In this document: in pieces, positions 46,828 to 57,585 of the stretch
Layout: the number at the start of each line of letters is the position of its first letter
How positions within the stretch are numbered: position 1 is the first letter of the stretch
DNA from: a virus
Strand: one strand, 5' to 3'
Length of the DNA: 64,000 nt
IMG/VR virus record: IMGVR_UViG_3300045971_000356
Location: 32,001-96,000 of that record
Program-made: the position numbers and the translations under genes
Notes under the pieces: generated by a model
Databases searched by the model: none
What the model saw: the letters and a program-made list of their open reading frames with translations, nothing else
Told to the model about the DNA's origin: nothing

Positions 46828-47087
46828 ACGAACGAATTCTAAAACTTTGCCTACAAGCCGCAGATGGCACTGTTGACCCAAATAGCCCGTTTACACCGGA
46901 AGAGGTTATCAACCTCCAAGTAAAGCTGGCCGAACTGATTGTGCGGGAATGTTTGCGTATTGTGGAAAGCAACATTCATGGTCCTGCTGGACCACATGAT
47001 TACAGTTACACAGATGAAAATTATGCCGCAGATGAACGAGCTGAAACCATTTACAATGAAGTTGGCGACTATTTCGGAGTGAAATGA
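46824..47087 (+). CDS. Family B member
   Basis: MNERILKL..KLAELIVREC..YFGVK. Confidence 0.7.
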   Translation: MNERILKLCLQAADGTVDPNSPFTPEEVINLQVKLAELIVRECLRIVESNIHGPAGPHDYSYTDENYAADERAETIYNEVGDYFGVK

Positions 47088-47195
47088 TGTTACTAAAATT
47101 GTTACTATATGTAATTGCAGCGGTTGCATACTTGACTATTCCGCCAGCTCTTGCTATACTTGCGGAGAAGATTTTTTACCCTAAAAAGGATTATC

Positions 47196-47426
47196 ATGGT
47201 TGAATGTAAACACTGCAAATTTTGTGACACCAAATGGGCCAACGACGGCTATGGCTTCTGTAAAATCCGATTTCCAAATTGGATGATTCAAAGCTCTAAC
47301 TCAATGTTTGGCACAGACAAAATGGTCTGTATCAAACCAGATTGTGACGATGGTTGCGACATTGGGCAACTGTTAGCACCAGGTGAAACAGCAGATTTTC
47401 CTCCAACAGTAGCAGGATATTTGTAA
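47196..47426 (+). CDS. Small Cys-rich protein
   Basis: CKHCKFC..GFC; promoter TTGACT-17-TATACT at 47132. Confidence 0.55.
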   Translation: MVECKHCKFCDTKWANDGYGFCKIRFPNWMIQSSNSMFGTDKMVCIKPDCDDGCDIGQLLAPGETADFPPTVAGYL

Positions 47427-48039
47427 CATGGCACACGAAGCAGGTAAAGGCAGTAAGCCACGCAAAGGCGCAGATCTCGAAGCGTATGCGCAAGGCTGGG
47501 AACGGGTTTTTGGCTCACATAGCAAAGACGCAAACGCACACAAAAAGCACACTTGCCCTTACCGCGAAGCAGTCAACGGAGATTTCAAAACTCTTTGTGA
47601 CTGTGACCACGACGCCACCCACCAATGCAAAATGGACATTTAACAAGTAACCTAAGGTAGTTCATGTTTTATTTTACGCCAAAAAATCCAGCCCCCAGCA
47701 TTGCTGAACTTGCCGCTGCTACTCAACGTGCGGCACAAAATCATGCTGAACTCATGCGAAAAATTGGTAATTATCAGCCGCGGTTTTCTCAACCTGGGCG
47801 GGCAAAATAATGCGTAAATGTAAAATTCCACAAGGTCGTGGTATGCTGTCGTCATATGAACGCACGGCAGACAAATTGCTGAAGGGTATCCCGAAGCCAG
47901 AGACTATTGGCTTCTTTTACGAAGGTCACTTTTTAACAGGTGTGGCATCGTCACACAAAACAAAGCAAGCATGTGTTTGGCGTCTATTTTGGCGCTTGAA
48001 ATATAACCACGATGTTAAATCGTTTACAAGGAACTTAAA

Positions 48040-48426
48040 ATGAAAAAGTCAAAATTGATTGAAATGCTGAATGCAATCCCGGGTAATCCAGACATCAAAC
48101 TCTGGAACGGCATGGTTGGCGATTGGATGGAAATTGATCCAAAGTTGATTGAACAAGTTCTTGTGAAACAAACACTCGAGCACTGGTTGGAAATGTGCCG
48201 TTATCAAGACCGGCGCGATAAGAAAGATCCAGATTATCAGATGCCACCCGAGGAAATTGCTGAATTGACAAAACGTTACTCCAAGTTGCATCAGTGGGAA
48301 ATGAATCCATTTGTAACATTGGAAGATGTGGAAAATAAACGTTACCGGGCCAAGAATGTTTTGATCATGCAGGCTAAATCTCGTGGGGTAAAAACATTTG
48401 ATCGCATGGGTGATATCTCTTACTAA
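48040..48426 (+). CDS. Hypothetical protein
   Basis: ORF with AGGA RBS. Confidence 0.6.
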   Translation: MKKSKLIEMLNAIPGNPDIKLWNGMVGDWMEIDPKLIEQVLVKQTLEHWLEMCRYQDRRDKKDPDYQMPPEEIAELTKRYSKLHQWEMNPFVTLEDVENKRYRAKNVLIMQAKSRGVKTFDRMGDISY

Positions 48427-48436
48427 GGAACTTGAA

Positions 48437-48850
48437 ATGAAAACACTTAAACAACGCATTGTGACTCTTCTCAAGGTTGAGTTTATTTTAGCTGCAACCG
48501 TAGTAGCAGCAATTGCCGGATGCTCGGATGCTGATGTTGCGTCACGTAACCTGTCCAAAGCGGCTGACCAGTTTGAAGTCAATCGGAGGATTGTATTCTA
48601 CAATGGCATCACAAACGATTACATTTTGACAATTGAAGGTCTTTGTTCACTGGGTAACAATGACAAATCCAAACAAATTACTGTTACGTGCAAGACTGGT
48701 GCAAGCTCATTCAAGAAACACTTTCTCGGATTGTCTGACAATGTGACATTCTTCGCGGAACAACTTGAACCAATGCCTGTGTCCGTTTATCGGTATCGCG
48801 TGATTTTCAAACCGGCAACCATTGTTCCTGACATTGAGGCGAAACTGTGA
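48437..48850 (+). CDS. Phage lipoprotein
   Basis: Lipobox IAGC; RRIVFYNGIT. Confidence 0.65.
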   Translation: MKTLKQRIVTLLKVEFILAATVVAAIAGCSDADVASRNLSKAADQFEVNRRIVFYNGITNDYILTIEGLCSLGNNDKSKQITVTCKTGASSFKKHFLGLSDNVTFFAEQLEPMPVSVYRYRVIFKPATIVPDIEAKL

Positions 48851-49260
48851 ATGATGTAACAGGAAAAGAATTAGCAGTCGGCGATAAGATTGTGCTTATC
48901 CCACAGAACGGATATACAATGTCACTATCAATGGGCATCATTACTGGATTCACACCAAAGAAGGTGCAAATCAAATTAACAAATAAATGTTGGGATTATT
49001 CGGCAGATGAATGTCTCAAATTTCCTGAACAAGTAGCAAAGGTTTAAAATGTTTGAAATCACAATGCATCTGCCAGATGGTACAGCTAAGGTTGTCGCTG
49101 TAAATGCAGTTCCACAGCGAGGTGATTATTGCTATGTCCCAGATGATAAAACATTCTTTCCGCATGATGCTATGTACCGGGTAATGGGAGTTGAGCATCA
49201 AATTGGAACTTGGGATGGTTCTAGGCGATCATCATTGATTGTAGTTTATTTGGAGTTAAA

Positions 49261-49839
49261 ATGACTTGGTTTACTTGGTCACCGCTCGAACTTTGGGCAA
49301 ACATCTTCACTATCGCTTGCATCGTGCTCGCAGGACGAAATTCCATTCACACTTGGTGGACTGGACTAGTCGGCTGTGTGCTTTTTATATTCCTGTTTTG
49401 CAATGTGCAACTGTATGCTGATGCGACACTACAAATATTCTTCTTTGCCACTGGGGTTATTGGCTGGATTGCTTGGAGAAACAAGAAAGAAGTAAAAGAA
49501 CTACCTATTGGAGTAGCGAATAAAGAATATATGGTTGTCGCGGTAGGAACAGCCGTAGCAGTCGCTCTGGCATACGGTTGGTTGCTACATACCTTCACAA
49601 ATGCTTATGCGCCCTGGATCGATTCTACTGTATTGGCGTTCTCTGTAGTCGCACAATTGCTACTAATGAGCCGAAGTATTCAAACTTGGAAAGTTTGGCT
49701 GATTGTGAACACTCTATCCGTCCCACTGTTCTGGAGTCGTGAACTATACCTGACATCTGTGCTATATGGATTCTTTTGGGTCAATGCAGCAGTGTCATAT
49801 TTCAACTGGAAGAAACTAATGGAGAAGCAAAATGCTTAA
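49261..49839 (+). CDS. pnuC: Nicotinamide riboside transporter PnuC
   Basis: Multi-TM; LYADATLQ..GWIAW; DS...SVVAQLLL..W..W..N. Confidence 0.85.
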   Translation: MTWFTWSPLELWANIFTIACIVLAGRNSIHTWWTGLVGCVLFIFLFCNVQLYADATLQIFFFATGVIGWIAWRNKKEVKELPIGVANKEYMVVAVGTAVAVALAYGWLLHTFTNAYAPWIDSTVLAFSVVAQLLLMSRSIQTWKVWLIVNTLSVPLFWSRELYLTSVLYGFFWVNAAVSYFNWKKLMEKQNA

Positions 49840-50335
49840 AAATCGTGTAGAACTAATTGAGCACGACATTCGTAAACTTACGGACAGATGTGGTGCTGCA
49901 TATTTGCAAGCAATCAAATCTGGTGTACCTGATGTTGGTCCAGATTATTTTGTAGATTTAGAGCTCATTGTACACCTTAAAGGGCAACTTGAGATTATCA
50001 AGGATTTAATCAACAAGGGGCACGAATAATGTGTGAATCTCTTTTTGGAAATAGGTTTTCAAATTTTGACATCTTTGTAATTGCAATACTAGCTAGTATG
50101 GCAGGTGCTGGTGCGCTTACATTTATTCAAGTAGTTGGACTTGGTGCGGCCGGCGCATTAGTGAGTGTCCTTCTTACTAACATGTTTGCTAGGAAATCAT
50201 GAAAAACTTATCTACATATCTTATTGCAGCATTTTTGATTGCACTGATATCAATGTTGGTCTACCTTGAAGTTGATATGTGGCAAGAATGCCGCGCAACT
50301 AACTCTTGGTTTTACTGTATGCGGGTGTTGTCAAA

Positions 50336-50554
50336 ATGAACGAACGAATTAAAGAACTTGCTGAGCAAGCCGGTTTTGATGTCTATAGTTGGAATGAAAA
50401 TGAATTGGAAAAGTTTGCGAATTTGATTGTTGCCGACTGTATTGAAATTGTACAACCTTGTAAGTGTGGGTGCAATGAAGGCGGTAACCAAATCAGTGTT
50501 ACTTTAGGCACCACAGTAGAAATGATTAAAGAACATTTTGGAGTTGAAAAATGA
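50336..50554 (+). CDS. Family B member
   Basis: MNERIKELAEQAG..EKFANLIV..KEHFGVE. Confidence 0.7.
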   Translation: MNERIKELAEQAGFDVYSWNENELEKFANLIVADCIEIVQPCKCGCNEGGNQISVTLGTTVEMIKEHFGVEK

Positions 50555-50763
50555 ACGAACAAATTGCTAAATTAGCATCACAGGCAGGATTTGATGTCGG
50601 AATGCACGACGGAATGATACTTGGCAACTTTTCTGATATGCATAAATGTCAGAAACTTGCAGAGTTGATTATCAATGAATGTATTTCTACTTGTGCTACG
50701 GATAAGTTAGGAAAAACTGCGTCGGCTGAAGATTTAATCAAAGAACACTTTGGAGTAAAATAA
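50551..50763 (+). CDS. Family B member
   Basis: MNEQIAKLA..KLAELIINEC..KEHFGVK. Confidence 0.7.
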   Translation: MNEQIAKLASQAGFDVGMHDGMILGNFSDMHKCQKLAELIINECISTCATDKLGKTASAEDLIKEHFGVK

Positions 50764-51188
50764 TGTTAGGAATGTCAGCATACCAACTTGATCTAATGTT
50801 TGAGTACATTGAATGTAAAAGCGAGCGATTTCCTACGCCAGGCACCTATAAAAGAATATCGGAAATCAGAAAAACACTGCTTGACGAGGCACGAGCGTCA
50901 GAAGAAAATCGTCAGCGAATTGTTAAGAGTCTGAAGCATCTTGGCAAGCCAGAATAGTTTACACATAATCTAAATTGTGTTACACTGTGTTAAAGGAAAT
51001 TAAATGAGCGAATATACTTGTCCAGAATGTGGCAGCACTGAAGTTACACTTACACACGAACAATCGTTCATGGCAAACTCGGGTGAGCATTATTGCCACT
51101 CTGTAAAAATTCAAGACTCGGATTCACAAGCACGGTGTATTGATTGTGGTTGGACTGGCATACATGAACAGCTTGTAGGTTATAAAAA

Positions 51189-51530
51189 ATGAGTACATAT
51201 ACCCCAGACGAATGGGTGCTGGTAGAATTTGACTCTCCTGCGCACGGCAAAATTACTAAAGTATTAGCATCTTGGTACGGTGGTTACTTAGGATCTGATT
51301 CTTGGAAGTTGTCATCTGGTGTAAACAAGATTACCAAGACAAAAGCAGGATATGAATTCTTAAATGATTCTGGGTCAGTTTACTTCTGTTACATAAATGG
51401 GTATGGCATGTCAGGTTACACGAGTTCAATTTACAACAATTTTGTCAAACAAATTAAAGAATTAAATGACGGATCAACTATCCGAATCTTGGATGAAGAT
51501 AAAGTTGAAGAAGCGGTACTGATAGTATGA
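51189..51530 (+). CDS. Hypothetical phage protein
   Basis: YTPDEW..KVLASWYGGYLGSDSWKLSSG. Confidence 0.6.
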   Translation: MSTYTPDEWVLVEFDSPAHGKITKVLASWYGGYLGSDSWKLSSGVNKITKTKAGYEFLNDSGSVYFCYINGYGMSGYTSSIYNNFVKQIKELNDGSTIRILDEDKVEEAVLIV

Positions 51531-51923
51531 ACACACGGCTTAATGAATTAAAAGAGATTTCGGAGAATATAAAACTGATTAGAGCGTTAACTGATGAAGA
51601 ACAGTACCAATGGTACTTGCGAATTAAAGAATCGTTGCCTGACCTTAAATTATTATTTTCTATAGAAGATATTGAACTTGCTATTGCTGATTATGAGCAA
51701 AGGCATAACGTAATATGAAAATTACGGAAATTACTTCACGTGCAGGCAAACAGATAAAGAAACTACAAAGGTTATATTCATCGTATATATTTAATCCGTT
51801 AGCATATTCTACATTGTATAAGGCACTTATTGCTGCAATGAATACTAACGATGTAGACGTTAAAAGAGAAGCAGAAATATTAACAGAAAAATTGCATATT
51901 GAAATATTGGAAGCATTGAAGAA

Positions 51924-52148
51924 ATGAACACACGACTTAGAGAACTATCAATTTACGCGGGCTATTTACCGCATTACTCAACAAAAGCTGATCGCATGGA
52001 AAAATTTGACGAAGATACTTATGCTGAGTTGATTATTCAAGAAGTTTTGAGGGTAATAGAAGCGGCAGAACCCGGTGTCACTGGATTGCCAATGGATGCG
52101 GCGTTGCGCCAAGTCCGTAAGAACATTATCGATTATTTTGGAGAGTAA
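51924..52148 (+). CDS. Family B member (divergent)
   Basis: MNTRLREL..YAELIIQE..YFGE. Confidence 0.6.
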   Translation: MNTRLRELSIYAGYLPHYSTKADRMEKFDEDTYAELIIQEVLRVIEAAEPGVTGLPMDAALRQVRKNIIDYFGE

Positions 52149-52150
52149 TC

Positions 52151-52381
52151 TTGGACGGTAAACTTTTGCCATGTCCGATGTGCGGCTCCCCCGCTAAGTT
52201 GGATTCAACTGGAGTTGTAGAATGCTACAGTAAAGATTGGCAAACATTGTACATCGAATGCTCTAAAGAAAAAGATGAGCAATGTGGGATGGAATTATCA
52301 TTAAATGCCGATTTTTGGTACTCAAGAAATGCTCAAGCAATACTTATTGAGGCATGGAATAAATTGGAAAGAAAAGAATGA
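52151..52381 (+). CDS. Lar-like zinc-ribbon protein
   Basis: LLPCPMCGS..C..C..AWN. Confidence 0.6.
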   Translation: MDGKLLPCPMCGSPAKLDSTGVVECYSKDWQTLYIECSKEKDEQCGMELSLNADFWYSRNAQAILIEAWNKLERKE

Positions 52382-53175
52382 ACAAAATTCACAATTTAGA
52401 TTGCCTTGAATCAAATAAACATATTACCCCGAAAAGTGTTGATCTTTTCTTTGTTGACCCACCATACTTTACAACCGGAATTGACTGGGATAACCAGTGG
52501 AAGACAGATGCAGAATATTATGAGTGGTGTAGGAAGTGGATCAAGAATATGTTTGGCCAACTGTCTGATACTGGGTCAGCGTATGTGTGTTGCCAGTGGC
52601 TCCACTCTGGAAAATACCAAGAACTACTCAGTGAAGCCGGATTTAATATATTAAACAGAATTACTTGGAAGCGAGATAAAGGTCGTGGGAGTTCCGTAAA
52701 TTGGAAACAAATGCACGAAGATATTTGGTTTGTGTCTAAAAGTAAAACATACACCTTTAATGTTGATGATGTAAAAGTTATCAAGAAGGTTATTGCACCA
52801 TATAAAGATGAAAACGGTAATGCAAAAGATTGGTGGGTTGATCCAGAGACAGGTGATAAAGTAAGGTTAACTCACCCTGGTAATCTTTGGGATTCGTTTT
52901 GCATCCCATTTTGGAGCAGTAAAGAGGTTCGGAGTTATGCTAAGACTAAACGAACACCAGAAAATATTTTTCAAAAGCATAGCACACAGAAACCAAAAGA
53001 TCTCGTAAAGACTTGCATCCAAGCAAGTTCAAATGTTGGCGATTTGGTTGTTGATTACTTTGGTGGATCTGGAACAACTCTTATCGCTTGCAAAGAGTTG
53101 GGCAGAAAGTGTATAATTTTTGAAACAAATAAAGAGTACTGTGATATAACTAAGACACGAATGGAGAAAGAATGA
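52378..53175 (+). CDS. DNA N6-adenine/N4-cytosine methyltransferase (beta class)
   Basis: DPPY precedes HSTQKP and DYFGGSGTT. Confidence 0.9.
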   Translation: MNKIHNLDCLESNKHITPKSVDLFFVDPPYFTTGIDWDNQWKTDAEYYEWCRKWIKNMFGQLSDTGSAYVCCQWLHSGKYQELLSEAGFNILNRITWKRDKGRGSSVNWKQMHEDIWFVSKSKTYTFNVDDVKVIKKVIAPYKDENGNAKDWWVDPETGDKVRLTHPGNLWDSFCIPFWSSKEVRSYAKTKRTPENIFQKHSTQKPKDLVKTCIQASSNVGDLVVDYFGGSGTTLIACKELGRKCIIFETNKEYCDITKTRMEKE

Positions 53176-53348
53176 ACGACGATTTAAAGAAAGATATTAG
53201 AATTGAACAATAATGTGACGGTTGGACAGTGCTAATAGATAATAAACGGTTCAGCTGGGATCACAACGATGAAGACATGGGAACCGATGGCATCAAAAAA
53301 CTGTTGAAATATCTTGGGCATAAAGTCACAGTTGAGGAGTGTTACTAA
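53172..53348 (+). pseudogene. Small gene interrupted by an in-frame TAA at 53211
   Basis: MNDDLKKDIRIEQ*CDGWTV...EECY*, coupled to both neighbours. Confidence 0.5.
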
Positions 53349-53552
53349 TGAACGATCCAATCCGCGAAGCATTTGAGAGAATCACTGCACAAAATTTTGA
53401 TATTCGTAGAGTAGATCCTCTTAAAAGAAATGACAAGGGCGAATATATTATGGCAGTGTTAGAAGATCACTGGCAGACATTCCAAGAAGGTTGGGAAGCG
53501 GCAACTGAATCAGCAGTTAAAGTTTTAGACGCACTTGATAAGGTGAACAATA

Positions 53553-54008
53553 ATGGATGAACAAGATTTAGTTTACCGGCTGCGCAAACGAGCAGAGATT
53601 CGGAGGCAGATTTCTTCACGGAAGTCTGTACAAGAAGGCAAACCCGACAGAATTTCTGATCTCCTTGAAGAAGCGGCAGCAGAGATTCTTCGGTTAAAGA
53701 CAGTTCTAAACTTGAACTATAGTCCTTATGTACTTGAGGATAAGTTTAAATCTGCTCAAGAATGGGCAAACAGTTTAACTAAAGAACAGGCCATTGCGTT
53801 TGTTGATAAAATTACTGGTGGTTGGGTAGATCTTGAACCAGAACTTTGGCAAGAAATTATTGCTACGACTAAAGATGTATGGCCACTTGAATCCGGGCAT
53901 GGTACGCATTGCCACAATCATGTTTATCAAGTTGGCAAAAACCTATATGATCTGACTTATGAGCATAGTAGTGACACGCCAATCGACATCAAATTTAAGA
54001 GGGTGTGA
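53553..54008 (+). CDS. Hypothetical protein
   Basis: LVYRLRKRAEIRRQI..DRISDLLEEAA. Confidence 0.6.
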   Translation: MDEQDLVYRLRKRAEIRRQISSRKSVQEGKPDRISDLLEEAAAEILRLKTVLNLNYSPYVLEDKFKSAQEWANSLTKEQAIAFVDKITGGWVDLEPELWQEIIATTKDVWPLESGHGTHCHNHVYQVGKNLYDLTYEHSSDTPIDIKFKRV

Positions 54009-54055
54009 GTACATATACCTAAACAATTTGAACCCAAGAAAGAATGGTGGAAGAT

Positions 54056-55084
54056 ATGAACAAGAAATTCGTTACTGGCCTTGTTGTTGGTAAGTTCTGC
54101 CCGCTACACAAAGGTCACCTTAAAGTTATCAACACTGCCCTTGACCAATGTGAAAGGGTGGTGATCCTGTCGTATACCTCGGAAAACTTTCCTAAGTGTA
54201 GTAGCGAAAAACGGCAAAAATGGTTAGAACAAGCAGTTATTAAATCTGCTGATCGTGCTACTGTGCGAGTCATTGACGGTAGGGCATTCGCAGCACAACT
54301 TAAAGATGACTCACCGGAAGATAAACACCGTGAATTTTGTGCCGATTACTTGCTGAATAATTTAGACACAACTGTACAAGCGGTATTTACTTCGGAAGAC
54401 TACGGCGACGGATTTGCTGATTTCTTGAGTCTCTACTTTACTGCTAACTTGCTGAATCCAATGTCAGTAAAGCATGTCATGGTAGACAGGGAGCGAAAAG
54501 AGTTCCCAATCTCTGGCACTCAACTTCGTGAATCAGTGATGTACATAGACAAATTTGTGCCGTGGTTTGTCTCAAAAGATTTTGTGCGTAAGGTACTTTT
54601 CCTTGGTGGTGAATCAACTGGCAAGACTACTCTTGTAAATGCGTTAGGCGATTCCCGACACAATGTACTGGAATTTGGTCGTTGGTTATTTGACAAGAGA
54701 GAAGGTAAACTTCAGTATGAAGATATGGCATACATTGCTAAATGTCAACTTGAAGCAGAACATTACAAAGCAGCAAGCCTACTTATGTCAGAGTTTCTGT
54801 ATTGCGATACATCACCGTTGACGACGAAGTTTTACTCAGAGGAATGGTTTGGACGCACCGCCCCAGAACTTGAAGATATGGTGCACGAGAGCGAAAGCGC
54901 ATACTACAAAGTATTTCTGTGTGCGCCAGACTTTCCAATGGTGCAGGACGGTACACGACAAGACGAAAAGTTTCGCAGTAAAGGTCACGAATATTACTTG
55001 AATGCTCTCAACGGCAAACCGTATACTCTGCTCACTGACAGTATCGAAGAACGAATCGCAAAAGTAAAGGCTGAACTGTTTTGA
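54056..55084 (+). CDS. nadR: NadR-like bifunctional NMN adenylyltransferase / nicotinamide riboside kinase
   Basis: GKFCPLHKGH, ISGTQLR, GGESTGKTT, CDT, QDGTR; no HTH. Confidence 0.85.
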   Translation: MNKKFVTGLVVGKFCPLHKGHLKVINTALDQCERVVILSYTSENFPKCSSEKRQKWLEQAVIKSADRATVRVIDGRAFAAQLKDDSPEDKHREFCADYLLNNLDTTVQAVFTSEDYGDGFADFLSLYFTANLLNPMSVKHVMVDRERKEFPISGTQLRESVMYIDKFVPWFVSKDFVRKVLFLGGESTGKTTLVNALGDSRHNVLEFGRWLFDKREGKLQYEDMAYIAKCQLEAEHYKAASLLMSEFLYCDTSPLTTKFYSEEWFGRTAPELEDMVHESESAYYKVFLCAPDFPMVQDGTRQDEKFRSKGHEYYLNALNGKPYTLLTDSIEERIAKVKAELF

Positions 55085-55209
55085 GTATCCGTGACTATTT
55101 TGTACTTGGTGGAACTTTAGTAGTTTCGTTGATGCTGGTCGCACCTATTGCGATTTTGCTGTATTGCGACTATAAACAGTGTTACAGAAAAAAATAATAA
55201 ATACTTATT

Positions 55210-55539
55210 ATGGCAACCAAGCGTAAAAAATCTCTCGCAGGCCGTGTTATGTCAGTGTTTCAACTGGCATCGCGTAAACCTGGGGCGAAAGACGCTGCCA
55301 TGGAAGTAGTTAAAGAAGCATTCCCTCGCATTCACAAGATGATTGAAGTATGCTGGGGCTCAGAAGAACTACAGCAAAAACTTACAAACTTGTTACAGAT
55401 GGACGATCCAAATCGTGAAGGGTTTCCCACGCATGTAACTGAGGCATTGATGATCATTCAAGAACTCCACATGGAAGAATTTGAATTTGATCCATTTGCC
55501 AATTCCTTTATGAACAGCACCCAAACAGACAAGTGGTAG
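55210..55539 (+). CDS. Hypothetical late protein
   Basis: FPRI..WG..R.GFP motif; ATAAATA 6 nt upstream. Confidence 0.55.
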   Translation: MATKRKKSLAGRVMSVFQLASRKPGAKDAAMEVVKEAFPRIHKMIEVCWGSEELQQKLTNLLQMDDPNREGFPTHVTEALMIIQELHMEEFEFDPFANSFMNSTQTDKW

Positions 55540-56053
55540 CGCATGAACTTAGTAGAAACGATAGTGAATCTTGCCAAAGAGATTGAGGCAGAAGACCCAA
55601 TTGACTTCGGAATGCTTGACATTGATGAAGATGCAGCATATAATTTAGTGGCAACCAAATTTATTGAAGTTTACTTGTCCAATGACAACGACGACAGAGA
55701 TACAATTTTGCTTGCTACAGCAGTGAAATTAGCAGTAGAAAATTTTGCTTTACAACGTGAGAAAATCTTGAAAGGTAATATATGAGCATCGTATTAGTTG
55801 AATGTGTTTCCATGTTTCGCATGCGCTATGCAGTTGAGACGCCAGATGATCATCCTGAGTGGGCATTGGACACAGTAACATTAGAGGAAGTGGAAGAATT
55901 TTCACAAGAGCATCTTGGTGAAACCATCGTGTCTCATCGTGTTATTTCACGTGAGGATTTGCTGGCACTTCACAACATTGACCACGCTTATCTCACAACG
56001 GCTTGGACTGAAGAACAAAAATTACAATCTGTTTACAAAATTACGGACGCAGA

Positions 56054-56692
56054 ATGAGTTACACACCTATTCCTGAAACGACGTTTGGCAACACGCCAGC
56101 AGCAATGTATTTGGCTCGCAAGTTGAACGAAACGCAAGACGTTGCCTTGTTGCGGTCAACGGGCCGTCGTATCACTGCCACGTTTCATCAGGCCAAACAG
56201 TTAGTGACATCGTATGAACTCGGTGTTGGCGCTGGCGGCATTGATGCAAAGACGTTGGCAAACTGTTTGCGATTGATGCGTGAGGAAATCGCGAATGAGG
56301 CAATACAGTATTGGCACGATGACTTGATTATTCACCAACTGCGCCGCAACGTGCAAATCGGTCACATCAAACGTGCCATCCGTTTGGCAACCATCGCACG
56401 TAAAGCAGAGCGGGTCATGACAAGCCCAGAATCCAAAGCGTCTGATGTGTCTGGAAAAGCGTTGAGTGGTGTAATAGAACTCAGCTATTATTTTACTGAC
56501 AGCCAGTCCAATAAAAAATACTTAGCAGGCCTTGTTATAAATGACGAGACAAATGAAAACTTTGTACTGATACACAAGTTTAAACTCAATGATGTTGAAA
56601 CCATCACACCAGAGTTGCTACACGAACGGTCTGAACGCCGTTGTATTAGGCTGAAAAAGCCTCACACTATTTTACATGGTAATACACCCTAA
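56054..56692 (+). CDS. Hypothetical protein
   Basis: ORF in coupled run 55543-57116. Confidence 0.55.
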   Translation: MSYTPIPETTFGNTPAAMYLARKLNETQDVALLRSTGRRITATFHQAKQLVTSYELGVGAGGIDAKTLANCLRLMREEIANEAIQYWHDDLIIHQLRRNVQIGHIKRAIRLATIARKAERVMTSPESKASDVSGKALSGVIELSYYFTDSQSNKKYLAGLVINDETNENFVLIHKFKLNDVETITPELLHERSERRCIRLKKPHTILHGNTP

Positions 56693-57116
56693 AAAATTCT
56701 TAGCCTACTTAAAGGTTAAATCAGAAAATTCCCACCAGATGGGGAAGATGTTAGCGTTATCGCAAAAGCGGATTTTAGAGCAAGGCCCAGCCATACTCGA
56801 AGATTATGGTCCGGTTTACGTGCATCCCAAGACACAAAATCGTGACCCAATCGCAATTTTGCTTCCACACGCTAAACCATCCAAGTGGCATTTCAGCGTA
56901 ATCTCAAGCGAGATAAATCGTCGTGTCGTGCGCTATGCTGCGCGAACATACCTGGTTAACATTGAGCTTGACAACGAGAAGGATCGCTTTACAAGTTTCT
57001 TACAAGCGTTACAAGACGCCCACGATTATGCGTTTTGCTATGATAAAAACGTGGCGGATAGGAAGAAACTATTTGCTGAAAAGTGCGAAATCATTAAAAA
57101 AGAGTTCAAATTGTAG

Positions 57117-57145
57117 TTGACAGTCAAGCATTTTGGTGCTATAAT
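57117..57145 (+). promoter_or_regulatory. Sigma70-type early promoter (near-identical to 41268)
   Basis: TTGACAGTCAAGCATTTTGGTGCTATAAT. Confidence 0.85.
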
Positions 57146-57177
57146 AGTCACATACAGCAACAAAACGGAGTTACAAA

Positions 57178-57585
57178 ATGGCATATGTTTCTGCAGAACT
57201 TAAAGCAAAATTGGCCCCAGCTGTCAAGGCAGTGCTGAAAAAGTACAAAATGAAGGGCTCGTTGGCTGTGCGTAACCACTCCACCTTAGTGTGTAACGTC
57301 AAGTCCGGTCCCATTGACATCATCGGCAACATGTTTGACAAAGCAGTCAATGAGCCCGGCACCCACTACAACCGCAACCCGGTTAAACCCACTTACATTG
57401 ACGTAAACCCGTACCACATTGCTAACAGCTACAGCGGCAAAGCGCAAAAGTTTTTGCTTGAACTGAAGGCTGCGATGGACAACGGCAACCACGATAACAG
57501 CGACATCCAAACTGACTACTTCGACGTTGGTTGGTTTCTAGATATAAATATCGGAAGTTGGGACCGCCCATATATGGTGGTTTAA
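57178..57585 (+). CDS. Early phage protein
   Basis: DNSDIQTDYFDVGWFLDINIG. Confidence 0.65.
   Translation: MAYVSAELKAKLAPAVKAVLKKYKMKGSLAVRNHSTLVCNVKSGPIDIIGNMFDKAVNEPGTHYNRNPVKPTYIDVNPYHIANSYSGKAQKFLLELKAAMDNGNHDNSDIQTDYFDVGWFLDINIGSWDRPYMVV

Noticed and set aside
53172-53348. Stop-codon reassignment
   Set aside because: A single case; TAA, TAG and TGA all terminate well-defined genes elsewhere.
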